Assembly (NCBI RefSeq): GCF_009914755.1
Contig: NC_060946.1
Source: the human T2T-CHM13v2.0 reference genome, Homo sapiens
Reading direction: 5' to 3' (one strand)
Length of the DNA: 64,000 nucleotides
Of this stretch, positions 59,101 to 64,000 are shown in pieces. The position numbers were made by a program, and so were the translations under genes. The notes beneath the pieces were generated by a model. The model saw only the letters and a list, made by a program, of their open reading frames with translations, was not told the origin of the DNA and did no database searches. Within the stretch, counting starts at the first letter, position 1. The number at the start of each line of letters is the position of its first letter.

Positions 59101-62100
59101 GTACATAAAATATCAAAGTACCCAAGGTATATATTCTATACTGTACAAAAAATATCAAAGTACCCACAGCATGTATTATATACTGTACATAAAATATGAA
59201 AGTACATCAAATATATATATTATTCTGTACATAAAATATCAAAGTACACCAGATATATATTCCATAGTTTACATAAAATATCAAAGTACCCAAACTATAC
59301 ATTATATACTGTACATAAAATATGAAATTACATCAAATTTATATTAGGTACATAAAATATGAAAGTACATCAAATATAGATTATATACTGTACATAAAAT
59401 ATCAAAGTACCCCAAATATATATTATATACTCTACATGAAATATCAAAGTTCACAAACTATATATTATATACTGTACATAAAATATCATATTACCCAAGG
59501 TATATATTCTATACTGTGCAAAAAATATCAAAGTACCCAAAGCATGTATTATATACTGTATATAAAATATGAAAGTACATCAAATATATATTTTATTCTG
59601 TACATAAAATATCAAAGTACACCAGATATATATTCTATAGTGTACATAAAATAACAAAGTACAAAAACTATAAAATATATACTGTACATAAAATATGAAA
59701 TTACATCAAATATATATTAAGTACATAAAATATGAAAGTACATCAAATATAGATTATATACTGTACATAAAATATCAATGTACCCCAAATATATATGTTA
59801 TACTCTACATGAAATATCAAAGTTCACAAACCATATATTATATACTGTACATAAAATATCAAAGTACCCAAGTTATATATTCTATACTATACAAATAATA
59901 TCAAAGTACCCAAAGCATGTATTATATACTGTACATAAAATATGAAAGTACATCAAATATATATTTTATTCTTTACATAAAATATCAAAGTACACCAGAT
60001 ATATATTCTATAGTGTACATAAAATATCAAAGTACCCAAACTATACATTATATACTGTACATAAAATATGAGATTACATCAAATATATATTATATTAGGT
60101 ACATAAAATATGAAAGTACATCAAATATAGATTATATACTGTACATAAAATATCAAAGTACCCCAAATATATACTATATACTCTAAATGAAATATCAAAG
60201 TTCACAAACTATATATTATATACTGTACATAAAATATCAAAGTACCCAAGGTATATATTCTATACTGTACAAAAAATATCAAAGTACCCAAAGCATGTAT
60301 TATATACTGTACATAAAATATGAAATTACATCAAATATATATTTTATTCTGTACATAAAATATCAAAGTACACCAGATATATATTCTATAGTCTACATAA
60401 AATAGCAAAGTAAAAAACTATAAATTATATACTGTACATAAAATATGAAATTACATCAAATATATATTAGGTACATAAAATATGAAAGTACATCAAATAT
60501 AGATTATATACTCTACATAACATATCAATGTACCCCAAATATATATTTTATACTCTACATGAAATATCAAAGTTCAGAAACCATATCTTATATACTGTAC
60601 ATAAAATATCAAAGTACCCAAGGTATATATTCTATACTGTAGAAAAAATATCAAAGTACCCAAATCATGTATTATATACTGTACATAAAATATGAAAGTA
60701 CATCAAATATATATTTTATTCTGTACATAAAATATCAAAGTACACCAGATATATATTCTATAGTGTACATAAAATATCAAAGTACCCAAACTATACATTA
60801 TATACTGTACATAAAATATGAAATTACATCAAATATATATTAGGTACATAAAATATGAAAGTACATCAAATATAGATTATATACTGTACATAAAATATCA
60901 AAGTACCCCAAATATATATTATATACTCTACATGAAATATCTAAGTTCACAAACTATATATTATATACTGTACATAAAATATCAAAGTACCCAAGGTATA
61001 TATTCTATACTGTACAAAAAATATCAAAGTACCCAAAGCATGTATTATATACTGTACATAAAACATGAAAGTACATCAAAAATATATTTTATTCTGTACA
61101 TAAAATATCAAAGTACACCAAATATATATTCTATAGTGTACATAAAGTAACAAAGTACACAAACTATAAATTATATACTGTACATAAAATATGAAATTAC
61201 ATCAAATATATATTATATTAGGTACATAAAATATGAAAGTACATCAAATATAGATTATATACTGTACATTAAATACCAAAGTACCCCAAATATATATTTT
61301 ATACTGTACATGAAATATCAAAGTTCACAAACTATATATTTTATACTGTACATAAAATATCAAAGTACCCAAGGTATATATTCTATACTGTACAAAAAAT
61401 ATCAAAGTACCCAAAGCATGTATTATAAACTGTACATAAAATATGAAAGTACATCAAATATATATTTTATTCTGTACATAAAATATCAAAGTACACCAGA
61501 TATATATTCTTTAGTGTACATAAAATATCAAAGTACACAAACTATGTATTATATACTGTACATAAAATATGAAATTACATCAAATATATATTACGTACAT
61601 AAAATATGAATGTACATCAAATATAGATTATATACTGTACATAAAATATCAAAGTACGCCAAATATATATTATATACTCTACATGAAATATCAAAGTTCA
61701 CAAACTATACATTATATACTGTACATAAAATATCAAAGTACACAAGGTATATATTCTATACTGTACAAAAAATATCAAAGTACCCAAAGCATGTATTATA
61801 TACTGTACATAAAATATGAAAGTACATCAAATATATATTTTATTCTGTACATAAAATATGAAAGTACACCAGATATATATTCTATAGTGTACATAAAATA
61901 TCAAAGTACCCAAACTATACATTATATACTGTACATAAAATATGAAATTACATCAAATATATATTAGGTACATAAAATATGAAAGTACATCAAATATAGA
62001 TTATATACTGTACATATAATATCAATGTACCCCAAATATATATTTTATACTCTACATGAAATATCAAAGTTCACAAACCATATATTATATACTGTACATA

Positions 62101-64000
62101 AAATATCAAAGTACCCAAGGTATATATTCTATACTGTACAAAAAATATCAAAGTACCCAAAGCACGTATTATATACTGTACATAAAATATGAAAGTACAT
62201 CATATATATATTTTATTCTGTACATAAAATATCAAAGTACACCAGATATATATTCTATAGTGTACATAAAATATCAAAGTACCCAAACTATACATTATAT
62301 ACTGTACATGAAATATGAAATTACATCAAATATATATTAAGTACATAAAATATGAAAGTACATCAAATATAGATTATATACTGTACATAAAATATCAATG
62401 TACCCCAAATATATATTTTATACTCTACATGAAATATCAAAGTTCACAAACCATATATTATATACTGCACATAAAATATCAAAGTACCCAAGGTATATAT
62501 TCTATACTATACAAAAAATATCAAAGTACCCAAAGCATGTATTATATACTGTACATAAATTATGAAAGTACATCAAATATATATTTTATTCTGTACATAA
62601 AATATGAAAGTACACCAGATATATATTCTATAGCGTACATAAAATATCAAAGTACCCAAACTATACATTATATACTGTACATAAAATATGAAATTACATC
62701 AACTATATATTATATTAGGTACATAAAATATGAAAGTACATCAAATATAGAATATATACTGTACATATAATATCAATGTAACCCAAATATATATTTTGTA
62801 CTCTACATGAAATATCAAAGTTCACAAACCATATATTATATACTATACATAAAATATCAAAGAACCCAAGGTATATATTCTATACTGTACAAAAAATATC
62901 AAAGTACCCAAAGCATGTATTATATACTGTACATAAAATATGAAAGTACATCAAATATATATTTTATTCCGTACATAAAATATCAAAGTACACCAGATAT
63001 ATATTCTATGGCGTACATAAAATATCAAAGTACACAAACTATACATTATATACTGTACATAAAATATGAAATTACATCAAATATATATTATATTAGGTAC
63101 ATAAAATATGAAAGTACATCAAATATAGATTATATACTGTACATTAAATACCAAAGTACCCCAAATATATGTTTTATACTGTACATGAAATATCAAAGTT
63201 CACACACTATATATTATATACTGTACATAAAATATCAAAGTACCCAAGGTATATATTCTATACTGTACAAAAAATATCAAAGTACCCAAAGCATGTATTA
63301 TATACTGTATATAAAATATGAAAGTACATCAAATATATATTTTATTCTGTACATAAAATATCAAAGTACACCAAATATGTATTCTATAGTGTACATAAAA
63401 TAACAAAGTACAAAAACTATAAATTATATACTGTACATAAAATATGAAATTACATCAAATATATATTAGGTACATAAAATATGAAAGTACATCAAATATA
63501 GATTATACACTGTACATAAAATATAAATGTAACCCAAATATATATTTTATACTCGACATGAAATATCAAAGTTCACAAACCATATATTATATACTGTACA
63601 TAAAATATCAAAGTACCCAAGGTATATATTCTATACTGTACAAAAAATATCAAAGTACCCAAAGCATCTATTATATGCTGTACATAAAATATGAAAGTAC
63701 ATCAAATATATATTTTATTCTGTACATAAAGTATCAAAGTACACCAGATATATATTCTATAGCGTACATAAAATATCAATGTACACAAACTATACATTAT
63801 ATACTGTACATAAAATATGAAATTACATCAAATATATATTAGGTACATAAAATATGAAAGTACATCAAATATAGATTATATACTGTACATAAAATATCAA
63901 TGTACCCCAAATATATATTTTATACTCTACATGAAATATCAAAGTTCACAAACCATATATTATATACTGTACATAAAATATCAAAGTACCCAAGGTATAT

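Larger units (their letters stand above)
1..64000 (+). repeat. Human satellite 1A (HSat1A / SAR / classical satellite I) tandem array; 42-bp monomer, roughly 1500 copies, continuing past both window edges
   Basis: Seen: continuous repeats of TGTACATAAAATAT(C/G)AAAGTAC...TATATATTATATAC at 42-bp spacing, with GTAC sites alternating 17 and 25 bp apart. The A-rich strand is on + throughout and there are no interruptions. Established: satellite I/HSat1A is defined by a 42-bp unit made of 17-bp (ACATAAAATATCAAAGT) and 25-bp RsaI sub-units. Confidence 0.96.

Noticed and set aside
1-64000. CRISPR-like array (conserved ~17-bp part alternating with a more variable ~25-bp part)
   Set aside because: The variable parts are homologous to one another and cycle with period 9; they are not unique spacers. 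No cas genes or leader sequence are present.
1-64000. Alpha satellite, HSat2/3, HSat1B (DYZ2) or telomeric repeat
   Set aside because: There is no 171-bp period or CENP-B box, no CATTC pentamers, no Alu-derived segment or ~2.4-kb HSat1B unit, and no TTAGGG arrays (only isolated variants such as TTAGGGAC).
1-64000. Hidden insertion (transposon, gene fragment, NUMT) or strand inversion
   Set aside because: I read through the window and every segment conforms to the 42-bp monomer in the same orientation. The largest foreign-looking piece is the 16-bp insertion at ~3650 and ~7960.
1-64000. TATA boxes or promoters, and dense RsaI (GTAC) / BsrGI (TGTACA) sites as regulatory or restriction-system signals
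   Set aside because: They are intrinsic to the AT-rich monomer, with no associated gene or independent evidence of function.
1-64000. Assignment to a specific chromosome
   Set aside because: HSat1A occurs on several chromosomes, and I cannot tie these variants to one array without alignment to T2T references.

Overview
The whole 64 kb window is one uninterrupted, single-orientation, AT-rich (about 79% AT from the consensus monomer) tandem satellite array. The monomer is 42 bp (consensus ~CTGTACATAAAATATCAAAGTACCCAAACTATATATTATATA) and carries two GTAC sites spaced 17 and 25 bp apart. Monomers are arranged as a 9-mer higher-order unit of 378 bp, with a very common 373-bp variant. This matches human classical satellite I, HSat1A (Repbase SAR), known from the chr3 and chr4 centromeric regions and the acrocentric short arms. 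I cannot assign a chromosome from the sequence alone. I see no genes, RNA genes, transposons, CRISPR arrays or unique sequence. All ORFs are artefacts of the 42-bp (14-codon) monomer having one stop-free frame. I found no evidence of a new coding or enzymatic system. What is interesting is the array architecture: nested local super-repeats (1502, 3383, 2626 and 1497 bp), long-range block duplications (offsets of about 4.3, 7-8, 17, 19.4, 27 and 38-40 kb), out-of-register monomer junctions, a 16-bp insertion variant, two interleaved variant families, and a recurring dyad symmetry. Offsets were derived by eye from shared diagnostic variants and ORF-track coordinates, so block edges are approximate. 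Monomer labels, named by their in-frame translation: M1 KYQSSQT, M2 KYQSTQG, M3 KYQSTQSM, M4 KYESTSNIYF, M5 KYQSTPD, M6 KYQSTQTIH, M7 KYEITSN..IR, M8 KYESTSNID, M9 KYQSTPN..M.
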